From NCBI GenBank assembly GCA_902773485.1, contig CACYEQ010000041.1, positions 1 to 53,499 of the forward strand: 53,499 bases of DNA, in the 5' to 3' direction. The DNA is from Oscillospiraceae bacterium (GTDB lineage Bacteria; Bacillota; Clostridia; Oscillospirales; Acutalibacteraceae). Under the pieces are notes generated by a model that worked only from the letters and a program-made list of their open reading frames with translations, did no database searches and was not told where the DNA came from. Both the position numbers and the translations under genes were made by a program. Shown here one piece after another: positions 35,995 to 45,000 of the stretch. The first letter of the stretch is position 1; the number at the start of each line of letters is the position of its first letter.

Positions 35995-37722
35995 ATGGCT
36001 GATATTGATAAACTTTGTTTTGGTTGTATGAGAGAAAAGCCCGATTTTTCACCCGAATGCCCTCATTGCAAGTTTGACGAAACAAAGGGCAACGACCCGC
36101 AGGCTTTGCCGATTAAAACGCTTTTGCAAAAAAGATATTATGTCGGCAAAACTTTCAACGAAAACGGTGAAGGCTTTACTTATATCGGATATGATATATT
36201 AAAGAATTGCCCTGTAAGAATCAGAGAATACTTTCCGCAAGGTATGGCACAACGAATTAATACGCTGGTTAAACCGCTTTCGCAGTTTGGATTTGCTTTT
36301 GAAAATTACCGTCTTGAATTTAATTCGCTTGCAAAAAATCTTTCAAGAATGAACGGTTTTTCGGGGCTTTTAAATGTTCTTGATATTTTTGAAGAAAACG
36401 GAACCTCTTATTACATTACCGAATATGTTGAGGCAATAACGCTTCGTGACTTTTTGCTCCGCAACGGCGGAATTTTAACATTCGAGCAAATAAGACCTAT
36501 GATTATGCCGTTGCTTTCAACAATTTCTTCGCTTCACTCGGTAGATATTATTCACAGAGGAATTTCGCCCGATACTATTTTAGTCGGCAAAGACGGAAGA
36601 TTAAGATTAACAGAATTTTGCATTAAAGAAGCAAGAACCGCAAGAGGCGAGTTTAAATCTCACCTGCACAAAGGCTATGCCGCAATTGAGCAGTACGGAT
36701 TTGACGGCGAGCAAGGCGCTTGGACCGATGTTTATGCGCTTGGCGCTTTGGTTTACAGAATGTTGGTAGGCAACCCACCTCCTGAGGCTACCGTAAGGGT
36801 TACCGATGATAAAATGACAATTCCTGCCGATGTTGCAAAATCACTATCGGGAAGTGCATTATCTGCACTTGCAAATGCACTTGAAATTATGCCTGATGAG
36901 AGAACTTCATCTGTTGAAGAGTTTCGCTCGGATATTTTAAGCACGCCGAAGTTAAGCCCGAAATATAACAATAAAACAGGCGAAGTAAAAGCAGTTGCAA
37001 GCAAGCAATATAGAAGAAAAATTTTAATTATTTCAATTTGCTCTGCACTGATATGTCTTTTGTTAATAGCAGCGGTTTTATTTATTTTTTACGGCAATTC
37101 TGATAAAAATGACAAAGATACAACCGTAACTACCACCGCAAAAGTTGAGAGTGCAACCGACGACAACGGTAACGATATTACCGAAGTTCAAAATTATGTA
37201 GGGTTGAAAATAAGTGATTTATTGTCTGATGCGCAGTATTTAAAAGAGCGTGCAAGACTTAATTTTGATGTTGAATCAAAAAAATACGATTCTTCGCCGA
37301 AAGGCACAATTCTTTCGCAAACGCCTAAGGCGGGAACTAAACTTAAAAAGAACCAAACGGTAAAATTTGTTGTAAGTTTAGGACCGAGAAACTTCTCAAT
37401 GCCGAATATTGTCGGACTTTCTAAACAAGAGGCGCTTATAAAACTTCTTGAGGCAGGTTTTTCGACTGAAAACATAAAATTCGGCGAGAAATATCTTCCT
37501 AATTCACCGCCTGACGCTGTATCAGATGTTTCGCCGAGCGTCGGCTCAACAGTAACAGGTGATGAAAAGGTAATCGTAAATGTAAATATTTATGTTACCA
37601 CCACTACCACTACAACAACTACTACCACTACAACTACCACTACAACTACCACTAAAAAAACAACCGTTGCGACTTCAAAGACAACTACAACGGTTGCTCA
37701 AAATGATTACGATGAAGATTAA
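35995..37722 (+). CDS. Membrane protein: zinc ribbon, Hanks-type kinase-like domain (catalytic residues substituted), TM, two PASTA domains and a poly-Thr tail
   Basis: CFGC..CPHC ribbon. Kinase fold is recognisable (DVYALGALVY), but VAIK reads VRIR, HRD reads HRG, and DFG reads EFC. TM at ~aa 345-367 and two PASTA repeats. Confidence 0.85.
   Translation: MADIDKLCFGCMREKPDFSPECPHCKFDETKGNDPQALPIKTLLQKRYYVGKTFNENGEGFTYIGYDILKNCPVRIREYFPQGMAQRINTLVKPLSQFGFAFENYRLEFNSLAKNLSRMNGFSGLLNVLDIFEENGTSYYITEYVEAITLRDFLLRNGGILTFEQIRPMIMPLLSTISSLHSVDIIHRGISPDTILVGKDGRLRLTEFCIKEARTARGEFKSHLHKGYAAIEQYGFDGEQGAWTDVYALGALVYRMLVGNPPPEATVRVTDDKMTIPADVAKSLSGSALSALANALEIMPDERTSSVEEFRSDILSTPKLSPKYNNKTGEVKAVASKQYRRKILIISICSALICLLLIAAVLFIFYGNSDKNDKDTTVTTTAKVESATDDNGNDITEVQNYVGLKISDLLSDAQYLKERARLNFDVESKKYDSSPKGTILSQTPKAGTKLKKNQTVKFVVSLGPRNFSMPNIVGLSKQEALIKLLEAGFSTENIKFGEKYLPNSPPDAVSDVSPSVGSTVTGDEKVIVNVNIYVTTTTTTTTTTTTTTTTTTTKKTTVATSKTTTTVAQNDYDED
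37597..37653 (+). repeat. In-frame Thr-codon microsatellite (19 consecutive Thr; 12-nt unit ACTACCACTACA about 2.75 times at 37621-37653)
   Basis: Direct reading of codons ACC/ACT/ACA. Confidence 0.9.
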
Positions 37723-37739
37723 TTAAAGGAGATTGTATT

Positions 37740-38966
37740 ATGAATAAAACAAAAAAAATATTTTCTTTATTGATTTCAGCGGTAATTATAATGTCGCTTG
37801 CGAGTTGTACATACACTTTAAACGCTGAGATTAAAGAAGATGGCTCGGTTGATGCTTATAACAAATATACTATCGCAGAGTCAGAACTCGACAAATTCTA
37901 TATCGCTTATGAAGATTCTTCTTTATCAGGTCTTATTCCTAATAATTCGGCTTTTCCGCAGAACAAAGAAGAATTTATTTCACAGTCCGACGCAAAAGGT
38001 CTTACTGTCACAACAGACGGTGTGAAATATTACTCTTATCAAGAAAAAAACGATAGTATTACAAATTTAAATAGCCTTAGCGAGAATGTATTAATGCAAG
38101 GTGTAGGCGAATTTACAACAACCGATTTTTGGCTTTATTCAGTCAGCGGTGATAATTCGTTATACACAAGTGTAGCATCAATGTTATCGTTAGTTAAAGC
38201 GACAGGTGTTGACGCAAAAGTTGAATATGTAATAAAAATGCCTTATAAAATTGTAAAAACAAACGCAACAAAAGTTGATGATTACACAGTTAGTTTTTCT
38301 TATGACGATAAAAAGGTTTATGCAACAACTGAAAAATCTACTGCCGATTGGACAAAATCCGATAACATTGAAATGCAGGTAATAAATTTTGCAAAAGCAA
38401 AACTCAAACCTGTAAAAATCAGCAGTTTGGCAGTTGCTTATAAAAACAATAAGTCGATTGCTATTGAATGGGATTTTGAAGATTATTTCAGCAAATATAC
38501 CATTCAGCGTAAAGTTGGGAGCGGAAAATGGACTACTGTAAAAAACACTTCCTCTTTTTCATATACCGATAAAAATGTAAAAGCAGGTAAAAAGTATTCT
38601 TACCGCGTAAGAGCGTATATTAAAACTTCTGATTTCACACTTACAGGTGCTTTCAGCAAGACAAAATCGCTTAAATTTGCAAATCTTACCGCAAAACCTA
38701 GTATAAGCGTTAAAAAAGGCGTTAAAAAGGCTACTGTTACTATTAAAAAGTTTGATAAGACCGTAAAAGGTTATCAAATTCAGTATTCAACAAGCAGTAA
38801 ATTTAAAAAGCCAAGCAAAGTTTACACAACTAAGTCGAAAAAAGTTATTAAAAAGTTGAAATCAGGCAAGAAATATTATTTCAGAGTGAGAAAATATTGT
38901 AAAGATATTGACGGCGACGAAGTTTACGGTGCTTTCAGCAAAACAAAATCCGTAAAAATAAAATAG
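37740..38966 (+). CDS. Lipoprotein with an uncharacterised N-terminal domain and two C-terminal fibronectin type III-like repeats
   Basis: Lipobox LASC. Two repeats of ~90 aa end in KKYSYRVRAY and KKYYFRVRKY. Starts 17 nt after the pseudokinase gene. Confidence 0.8.
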   Translation: MNKTKKIFSLLISAVIIMSLASCTYTLNAEIKEDGSVDAYNKYTIAESELDKFYIAYEDSSLSGLIPNNSAFPQNKEEFISQSDAKGLTVTTDGVKYYSYQEKNDSITNLNSLSENVLMQGVGEFTTTDFWLYSVSGDNSLYTSVASMLSLVKATGVDAKVEYVIKMPYKIVKTNATKVDDYTVSFSYDDKKVYATTEKSTADWTKSDNIEMQVINFAKAKLKPVKISSLAVAYKNNKSIAIEWDFEDYFSKYTIQRKVGSGKWTTVKNTSSFSYTDKNVKAGKKYSYRVRAYIKTSDFTLTGAFSKTKSLKFANLTAKPSISVKKGVKKATVTIKKFDKTVKGYQIQYSTSSKFKKPSKVYTTKSKKVIKKLKSGKKYYFRVRKYCKDIDGDEVYGAFSKTKSVKIK

Positions 38967-39125
38967 CGGTGAGCCACCGCTCCCAACACTTCGGCGAGAA
39001 GTTAGATATTACTTATAAATTTGTAGTGCCTCAGGGTTAAAGTTTCCGCTTTTACCCTGAGGCTTTTTTGTTTTTACCAAACATATAAAAATTTTGTAGG
39101 GGATGGCTTGCGGTGCATCCCGAAA
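38966..39125 (+). repeat. Composite intergenic repeat, copy 2 (same orientation as copy 1)
   Basis: Reads GCGGTGAGCCACCGC hairpin, CAACACTTCGGCGAG, GCCTCAGGGT..ACCCTGAGGC, ACCAAACATATAAAAATTTTGTAGGGG, then a hairpin. Confidence 0.85.
39028..39075 (+). terminator. Intrinsic terminator carried by the repeat (ends the pseudokinase-lipoprotein unit)
   Basis: Perfect 10-bp stem gcctcagggt/accctgaggc followed by TTTTTTGTTTTT. Confidence 0.85.
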
Positions 39126-39144
39126 AAGTCCGGAAAATTATATA

Positions 39145-39182
39145 AAAAGCAGGGCGGTCTGAGTGACCGCCCTGTTTGCTTT
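39145..39182. terminator. Bidirectional terminator (gyrA 3' end)
   Basis: 10-bp stem cagggcggtc/gaccgccctg (39150-39174) flanked by A/T runs. Confidence 0.8.
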
Positions 39183-41699
39183 TTACTCGTTTTCATCGGG
39201 ATTTTCTATTGGTTTTACATCATCTTCCGAGGTTTTTTTGTTATCGATATTTTCAGCCGATGTTTCAGGTTCTTCCTCTTCTTTTTCGGTAAGCGAGAGA
39301 GTTATTATTCGCTCATCATCTTTAACCCTCATTACTCGAACACCCTTTGAAGGCCGCGCAAACTTTGAAATTGAATTTACAGGCGTTCTAATAACAATAC
39401 CTGCCGATGTAATAAGCATAATATCTTCATCGCTGCATTCATCAACCATAGCGATTTGTGCAACATCGCCGTATTTTGCGGTTCGGTAGTTGATAATACC
39501 TTTACCGCCACGGGATTGAATACGGTAATCGTCAACCGTTGACTGTCTGCCGTAGCCGGTTTCGGTGATTGTGAGAATGTTTGCGTTCTCTCTTACAACC
39601 GCCATACCGATAACCTCGTCGCCTTCTTTCAGCGTTATCGCTTTAACACCTCTTGCTGTTCTGCCGAGCGGTCTTGCGTCGTTTTCGTTAAATCTTATCG
39701 CCATACCTTTTTTGGTTGCAATAATAAGTTCATCGTCGCCGTCGGTAAGATCAACGAATCTCAATTCATCGCCCTCATCAAGCGTTACCGCATTTACACC
39801 GCCTTTTCGGTTGGTTTTGTAAACGCCAAACTGCGAACGCTTTACAACGCCGTTTTTAGTTCCCATTACAATATATTTTTCATCATCAAATTCTGATAAA
39901 TGTACCATCGCGGTAACTCTTTCGCCCGCTTCAAGCGGTAAAAGGTTAATAATGTTAAGACCTTTTGAAGTTCTTGTTCCCTCAGGCACAACATAGGCTT
40001 TTTGATGATAAACTCTGCCTAAATTCGTGAAATACAAAATAATATCGTGAGTTGAGCAAATAAACATATGCTCTGCATAATCTTCATCACGGGTGGTCAT
40101 ACCTTTAAGACCTTTACCTCCACGGTTTTGAGCGTGGTAAGTATCAACAGGCAAACGCTTAATGTAGCCCATTTTCGTAAGCGTAAGCACGCAATCTTCA
40201 ACAGGAATTAAATCTTCATCGTCAACATCGCCCTCAACCATAGAAATTTCGGTTTTGCGGTCATCGTTGAATCTATCACGGATTTTAAGCACTTCTTCTT
40301 TAACAATTTCAAGAATTCTCTGCTCATTTGCGAGAATATCTTTAAAATCGGCAATTTTTTCGTGAAGCGACTGCAATTCAGACTCGATTTTTTCAATTTC
40401 CAAACCTGTCAACTGGGCAAGTCGCATATCTACAATGTGTTTTGCCTGAATTTCATCAATCGGGAAGTTTTCCATTAATGAAGTTTTTGCTTCGTCAACG
40501 GTTTTGGAAGAACGAATTATTTTTATAACTTTATCAATATCGTCAAGCGCAATTTTTAATCCTTCCAAAATATGCGCTCTGTCCATCGCTTTTTTAAGGT
40601 CAAATTTTGTGCGACGAGTAATGATTTCTTCTTGATATTTAACATATTCGTGCATAATTTCTTTTAAATTAAGCACTTTCGGAACGCCGTCAACCAGCGC
40701 CAGCATAATAACACCAAACGTTGTTTGCAACTGGGTATATGTATAAAGTTTGTTGAGTGTAACCTGTGGGTTTACATCTTTTTTTAGTTCAACAACGATT
40801 TTCATACCGTCACGGTTTGAATAATCAACAATATCGTCAATACCCTCAATTTTCTTGTTATCAGCCAAATCAACAATTGATTTAACAAGTTCTCTTTTAT
40901 TAACCTGATAAGGTATTTCGGTAATTACAATCTGGAATTTGTTGTTACGAATTTCCTCAATTTCGGCTTTACCGCGAACAACAATTTTTCCTCTGCCGGT
41001 AGCATAAGCCGAGCGGATTCCGCTTTTACCCATAATAACGCCGCCTGTCGGAAAATCAGGACCGGGCAAAAGTTCGTTCATCTCATCGAATGTAATATCC
41101 GGATTGTCAATATAGCCGACAATGCAGTCAATTACTTCGCCCAAGTTATGAGGCGGAATATTTGTAGCCATACCAACGGCGATACCTTTTGAACCGTTTA
41201 CCAGCAAATAAGGAATGCGGGAAGGAAGTGTTGTAGGCTCTTTGAGTCGGTCGTCGTAGTTGGGCATAAAGTCAACAGTGTCTTTATCAATATCGGCAAG
41301 CATTTCAACTGCCATTTTTGACATTCTTGCCTCAGTATAACGGTACGCTGCGGCAGGGTGACCGTCAACCGAACCGAAGTTTCCGTGACCGTCAATCATT
41401 TCATAGCGCATTGAGAAATCCTGTGCCATTCTGACTAATGCGTCATAAACCGAAGTATCTCCGTGAGGGTGGTAAGATCCCAGCACCGCACCAACAATAT
41501 CGGCACATTTACGGTAAGGCTTGTCAGGCGTAAGATTTCTTTCAAACATTGTATAAAGAATTCTTCTGTGAACAGGCTTTAAACCGTCACGAACATCCGG
41601 CAATGCACGGGAAACTATAACGCTCATTGAATAATCAAGGAACGATTTTTCCATAGTATCGCATATTTCGACAGGTATAATTTTCTCTTCAAAATCCAT
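39183..41699 (-). CDS. gyrA: DNA gyrase subunit A
   Basis: 838 aa with active-site region AAAYRYTE and a QRDR-like HPHGDTSVYDA. Acidic C-terminal tail. Confidence 0.97.
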   Translation of the reverse strand: MDFEEKIIPVEICDTMEKSFLDYSMSVIVSRALPDVRDGLKPVHRRILYTMFERNLTPDKPYRKCADIVGAVLGSYHPHGDTSVYDALVRMAQDFSMRYEMIDGHGNFGSVDGHPAAAYRYTEARMSKMAVEMLADIDKDTVDFMPNYDDRLKEPTTLPSRIPYLLVNGSKGIAVGMATNIPPHNLGEVIDCIVGYIDNPDITFDEMNELLPGPDFPTGGVIMGKSGIRSAYATGRGKIVVRGKAEIEEIRNNKFQIVITEIPYQVNKRELVKSIVDLADNKKIEGIDDIVDYSNRDGMKIVVELKKDVNPQVTLNKLYTYTQLQTTFGVIMLALVDGVPKVLNLKEIMHEYVKYQEEIITRRTKFDLKKAMDRAHILEGLKIALDDIDKVIKIIRSSKTVDEAKTSLMENFPIDEIQAKHIVDMRLAQLTGLEIEKIESELQSLHEKIADFKDILANEQRILEIVKEEVLKIRDRFNDDRKTEISMVEGDVDDEDLIPVEDCVLTLTKMGYIKRLPVDTYHAQNRGGKGLKGMTTRDEDYAEHMFICSTHDIILYFTNLGRVYHQKAYVVPEGTRTSKGLNIINLLPLEAGERVTAMVHLSEFDDEKYIVMGTKNGVVKRSQFGVYKTNRKGGVNAVTLDEGDELRFVDLTDGDDELIIATKKGMAIRFNENDARPLGRTARGVKAITLKEGDEVIGMAVVRENANILTITETGYGRQSTVDDYRIQSRGGKGIINYRTAKYGDVAQIAMVDECSDEDIMLITSAGIVIRTPVNSISKFARPSKGVRVMRVKDDERIITLSLTEKEEEEPETSAENIDNKKTSEDDVKPIENPDENE

Positions 41700-41744
41700 G
41701 TTGCTAATTTATCTCCAATCTGAAAATTATTCTTTATTTAAAAA

Positions 41745-42272
41745 TTATTTTTCTTCTGTTTCAGGTATATCGCAAAAATAATCTAAAACCTTTTTTAGTG
41801 CTGGCTTATTAGTATAATTCAAAACCCTTTTAGGAATTGCCATTAATCTGCCGTCAACAAGCTTAATTATAATTTCATTTTCGCTTGTAAGCACCGCAAA
41901 AACATCTTCTTTTAAAATATCCCAATTTGCGTCATACGCATCAACCACTACATTAATCTTATCTTCAAAAATTGTAAGCACGGTGTTTTCACCTGTTGTA
42001 GAGCCTCTTACAGTATTTTTTTCGTTGTTTTTGTAGCCGAAATAAGCGAAAATATTTACTATTATCAACGCAACTGTTGGCAAATAAGCATTTGGGTTTT
42101 CAAAAATTTCGGTAAGCGATTTGCCCACAAGCGGAATAAACGATAAAACTATTACAAGCACTGATATTACCGCAATAAAAATCATTCTTTTCTTGTAATT
42201 TTTCAATACGCCTGCGGTGTAAAGTGCTTCTTTTACCTCGTCAGCCGATAAAATATATGATAGTTGCTCCAT
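41745..42272 (-). CDS. YcxB-like hypothetical membrane protein inserted between gyrB and gyrA
   Basis: 175 aa with two central TMs and a C-terminal domain resembling the YcxB-like family (..LMAIPKRVL..). Function unknown. Confidence 0.6.
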   Translation of the reverse strand: MEQLSYILSADEVKEALYTAGVLKNYKKRMIFIAVISVLVIVLSFIPLVGKSLTEIFENPNAYLPTVALIIVNIFAYFGYKNNEKNTVRGSTTGENTVLTIFEDKINVVVDAYDANWDILKEDVFAVLTSENEIIIKLVDGRLMAIPKRVLNYTNKPALKKVLDYFCDIPETEEK

Positions 42273-42299
42273 AAATACCTCGTTTTAAAAATAGATTTT

Positions 42300-42903
42300 T
42301 CAAAATTACAAGGGAAACCATTCCACCGCTTCGCGGTCCCCTTTCCCTTGACAGGGACGGCACGGTGTGCCACCGCAGGCAAATCTTCGGCAAAATGTTT
42401 GTTTTAAAATTTAGTTTTGTGTCGCCTCAGGGTTGAAGTTTGATTTAACTTTATGTTTTGCAATAGCATATTTAGGTGCCCCTTTTAGGGGAACTTTCGC
42501 CTTTTGGCGATAAAGGGTGGTTTTGCTCAAACTGCCCACAATGTCATTCTGAACGAAAGTGAAGAATCCCCAACACTTAAATCTAAATAAATTCTTTGTT
42601 GCGTGTGAAATAATTATAAAATGAATGAACCACGAGCGAATATTGCGTGTCGAGGCACTCGACGAGATTCCTCGTTACACTCGGAATGACTTTATTAGAA
42701 ATTTAAGCAGATTTTGGCGGGGGCTTCCCAGCCGACCCCTACAAAATGTTTATATGTTTGATAAAAAAACAAAAAACTCAAAGATAAATCAAACTTCAAC
42801 CCTGAGGGGATACAAACTATAAATTATATTAAGGCTTATACCCGAAGAGTATACCCGTCGAGGCACTCGACCCGAAGAGTATGCCCGTGGTGGCTCGCCA
42901 CTA
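42300..42903. repeat. 600-nt cluster of intergenic repeat modules (partial copy in one orientation, complete copy in the other, extra hairpin modules)
   Basis: CGCCTCAGGGTTGAAGTTTGATTTAAC (42422-) and covarying hairpin pair GTCATTCT..AGAATC (42543-68) / GATTCC..GGAATGAC (42666-90). GTCGAGGCACTCGAC occurs twice. CCCCTACAAAATGTTTATATGTTTGAT (42736-) and GTGGCTCGCCAC abut the gyrB stop. Confidence 0.8.
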
Positions 42904-44868
42904 TATGTCGAGGTTTTCTACAAACTGTGCGTTTTCTTCGATAAATTTCTTTCTCGGCTCAACTTCATCGCCCATTAGCACGCTGAAAACTTTATCGGCA
43001 CGCTCGGCATCAGCCATAGTAACTTTAAGCATAGTTCTGAAAGAAGGGTCCATTGTGGTTTCCCAAAGTTGTTCGGGGTCCATTTCACCAAGACCTTTGT
43101 AACGCTGAATAGAAGCGTTTCCGCCGAGTTCAGCATTATATTTATCACGCTCTGCCTCGTTAAAAGCGTATCTTTTCTGTTTGCCTTTTTTAACTTCAAA
43201 AAGTGGCGGCTGAGCGATATAAATATGACCGTTTTCGATAAGTTGAGGCATATAACGGAAGAAGAATGTAAGCAAAAGTGTTGCGATATGTGCGCCGTCG
43301 ACATCCGCATCGGACATAATTATTACTTTATGATAACGTAGTTTTTCGATATCAAAATTATCGCCGATACCCGTTCCCAAAGCGATAACGACAGGTGTTA
43401 ATTTATCGTTGCCGTAAACTTTATCGATTCTCGCTTTTTCAACATTGAGCATTTTGCCCCAAAGAGCCAAAATTGCCTGATATTTACTATCTCTGCCTTT
43501 AATTGCAGAACCGCCCGCTGAATCACCCTCGACTATGTAGAGTTCGTTTTTTGTCGGGTCACGAGAAATACAATCAGCCAATTTATCAGGCATACGCATT
43601 TTGCCTATACCTTTTGATTTTTCACGCTCTAATTCTCTGGCTTTTTGCGCTTTTTCTCTTGCAGCGGTTGCCGACATTACTTTGCTGACAACCAACTTTG
43701 CAACTGCCGGGTTATCTTCAAAATAATCGGTCAATTTCTCGTTCATAGCCTGTGAAACGAGCGTTCCGATATATGTATTTCCGAGTTTTGCTTTGGTTTG
43801 ACCTTCAAACTGCGCGTCGGTAAGTTTTACCGAAATGACTGCTATCAAACCCTCTTGAACATCTTCTCCTTTAAAATTTGAATCGTTATCTTTTAAATAC
43901 TTAAATTTTCTTGCGTAATCGTTTACAACTTTGGTAAGCGATTTTTTGAAAGAATTTTCGTGAGTACCGCCGTCAACGGTATGAATGTTGTTTGCAAACG
44001 AGATGATATTTGTATCGTAACCGCTGTTATAAAGCAAAGCGACTTCAACCTGTGCATCGCCCTTTACTGCGGAAATGTAAATATCGTCTTCTGTAATTCG
44101 GTTAGCGGCTTTCTTTTTAGAAAGCAAGAAATCGCAATAAGATTTAATACCTCCCTCAAAATGAAGAACATCTGATCTCGGCTCACCTTTATCGTCAACT
44201 TCTGCGTCAAAACGCTTGTCGGAAAGGTTAATTCTGATACCTGCGTTCAAAAACGCTTGCTCACGAAGTCTGGTCAACAAAGTTTCATAATCGTATCTTG
44301 TAGTTTCGGTGAAAGTTTTTGCGCTGGCTTTAAAAGTAACGGTTGTACCCGAGCCCTCGCATTCGCCGATACATTTTAAATCATAAACAGGTTTTGAATC
44401 TTCAAAACGCTGGCGGTAGAGTTTGCCGTCTTTTCGCACTTCTACTTCGAGCCAATCGGAAAGAGCATTTACAACTGATGAACCAACACCGTGCAAACCG
44501 CCTGATACTTTATAGCCCGAACCACCAAATTTACCGCCTGCGTGAAGTTGAGTAAATACAACGGTAACCGCCGGCATGCCCATTTTTTTCTGAATATCAA
44601 CAGGAATACCTCGACCGTTGTCGGAAACTCTTATAATATCATCATCTAAAATTTCGACATTAATATCGGTGCAATAGCCTGCCAACGCCTCATCGATAGA
44701 GTTATCGACAATTTCGTAAACAAGATGGTGCAAACCTCGCTCGCCTGTCGAGCCGATATACATACCGGGGCGTTTTCTTACGGCTTCAAGTCCTTCAAGA
44801 ACCTGAATCGCCGAGGCATCATATTCCTCCTCAACCTGCGTGTTCATCAATACTTCTTCGTTTTCCAT
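42901..44868 (-). CDS. gyrB: DNA gyrase subunit B
   Basis: GHKL ATPase, Toprim (EGDSAGG) and C-terminal ..[14 protein letters not shown] 44868 follows AAAGGTGAAG; the track start at 44907 is upstream of the SD. Confidence 0.97.
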   Translation of the reverse strand: MENEEVLMNTQVEEEYDASAIQVLEGLEAVRKRPGMYIGSTGERGLHHLVYEIVDNSIDEALAGYCTDINVEILDDDIIRVSDNGRGIPVDIQKKMGMPAVTVVFTQLHAGGKFGGSGYKVSGGLHGVGSSVVNALSDWLEVEVRKDGKLYRQRFEDSKPVYDLKCIGECEGSGTTVTFKASAKTFTETTRYDYETLLTRLREQAFLNAGIRINLSDKRFDAEVDDKGEPRSDVLHFEGGIKSYCDFLLSKKKAANRITEDDIYISAVKGDAQVEVALLYNSGYDTNIISFANNIHTVDGGTHENSFKKSLTKVVNDYARKFKYLKDNDSNFKGEDVQEGLIAVISVKLTDAQFEGQTKAKLGNTYIGTLVSQAMNEKLTDYFEDNPAVAKLVVSKVMSATAAREKAQKARELEREKSKGIGKMRMPDKLADCISRDPTKNELYIVEGDSAGGSAIKGRDSKYQAILALWGKMLNVEKARIDKVYGNDKLTPVVIALGTGIGDNFDIEKLRYHKVIIMSDADVDGAHIATLLLTFFFRYMPQLIENGHIYIAQPPLFEVKKGKQKRYAFNEAERDKYNAELGGNASIQRYKGLGEMDPEQLWETTMDPSFRTMLKVTMADAERADKVFSVLMGDEVEPRKKFIEENAQFVENLDI

Positions 44869-44939
44869 TTTATCTTCACCTTTCCGGCACAGAACCTGTG
44901 CACGCATTCTCCTCGGGTAAAAACTTTAATATGACTAAT

Positions 44940-45000
44940 AGTTTGCTTCCCCTCGGGGTTTAAATTTTTGGTTTTTATTTTCGTGCCGTAAGGCACACAT
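44940..45000. repeat. Repeat-family fragment (CCCCTCGGGG hairpin; GTGCCGTAAGGCAC hairpin related to 49855-49867)
   Basis: The reverse complement GTGTGCCTTACGGCACGAAAA matches GTGTGCTTACAGCACGAAAA at 49853-49872. Confidence 0.6.

Noticed and set aside
38964-38980. UAG followed directly by a stable hairpin at three gene ends (38964, 42903, 46820). This could hint at programmed stop-codon recoding, as with a PYLIS or SECIS element.
   Set aside because: Read-through would hit another in-frame stop almost at once, for example TAG CGG TGA after dnaN and the lipoprotein gene. The GyrB and DnaN C-termini are already full length and native-looking. No pyl genes are visible. The pattern is better explained by repeat-element insertion at gene ends.
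39163-39489. Plus-strand ORFs overlapping gyrA (39108-39350, 39163-39489, 39565-39822), and similar antisense ORFs inside gyrB, dnaA, prfA, queT (25715-26134), livH and the permease genes.
   Set aside because: These are shadow ORFs antisense to strongly supported conserved genes. They have low-complexity or hydrophobic translations and no SD or independent signals.
42625-42822. 65-aa track ORF (..EIPRYTRNDF..) in the gyrB-ycxB spacer.
   Set aside because: It is composed entirely of repeat and hairpin modules that recur elsewhere in both orientations. It has no SD. It is treated as a spurious ORF.
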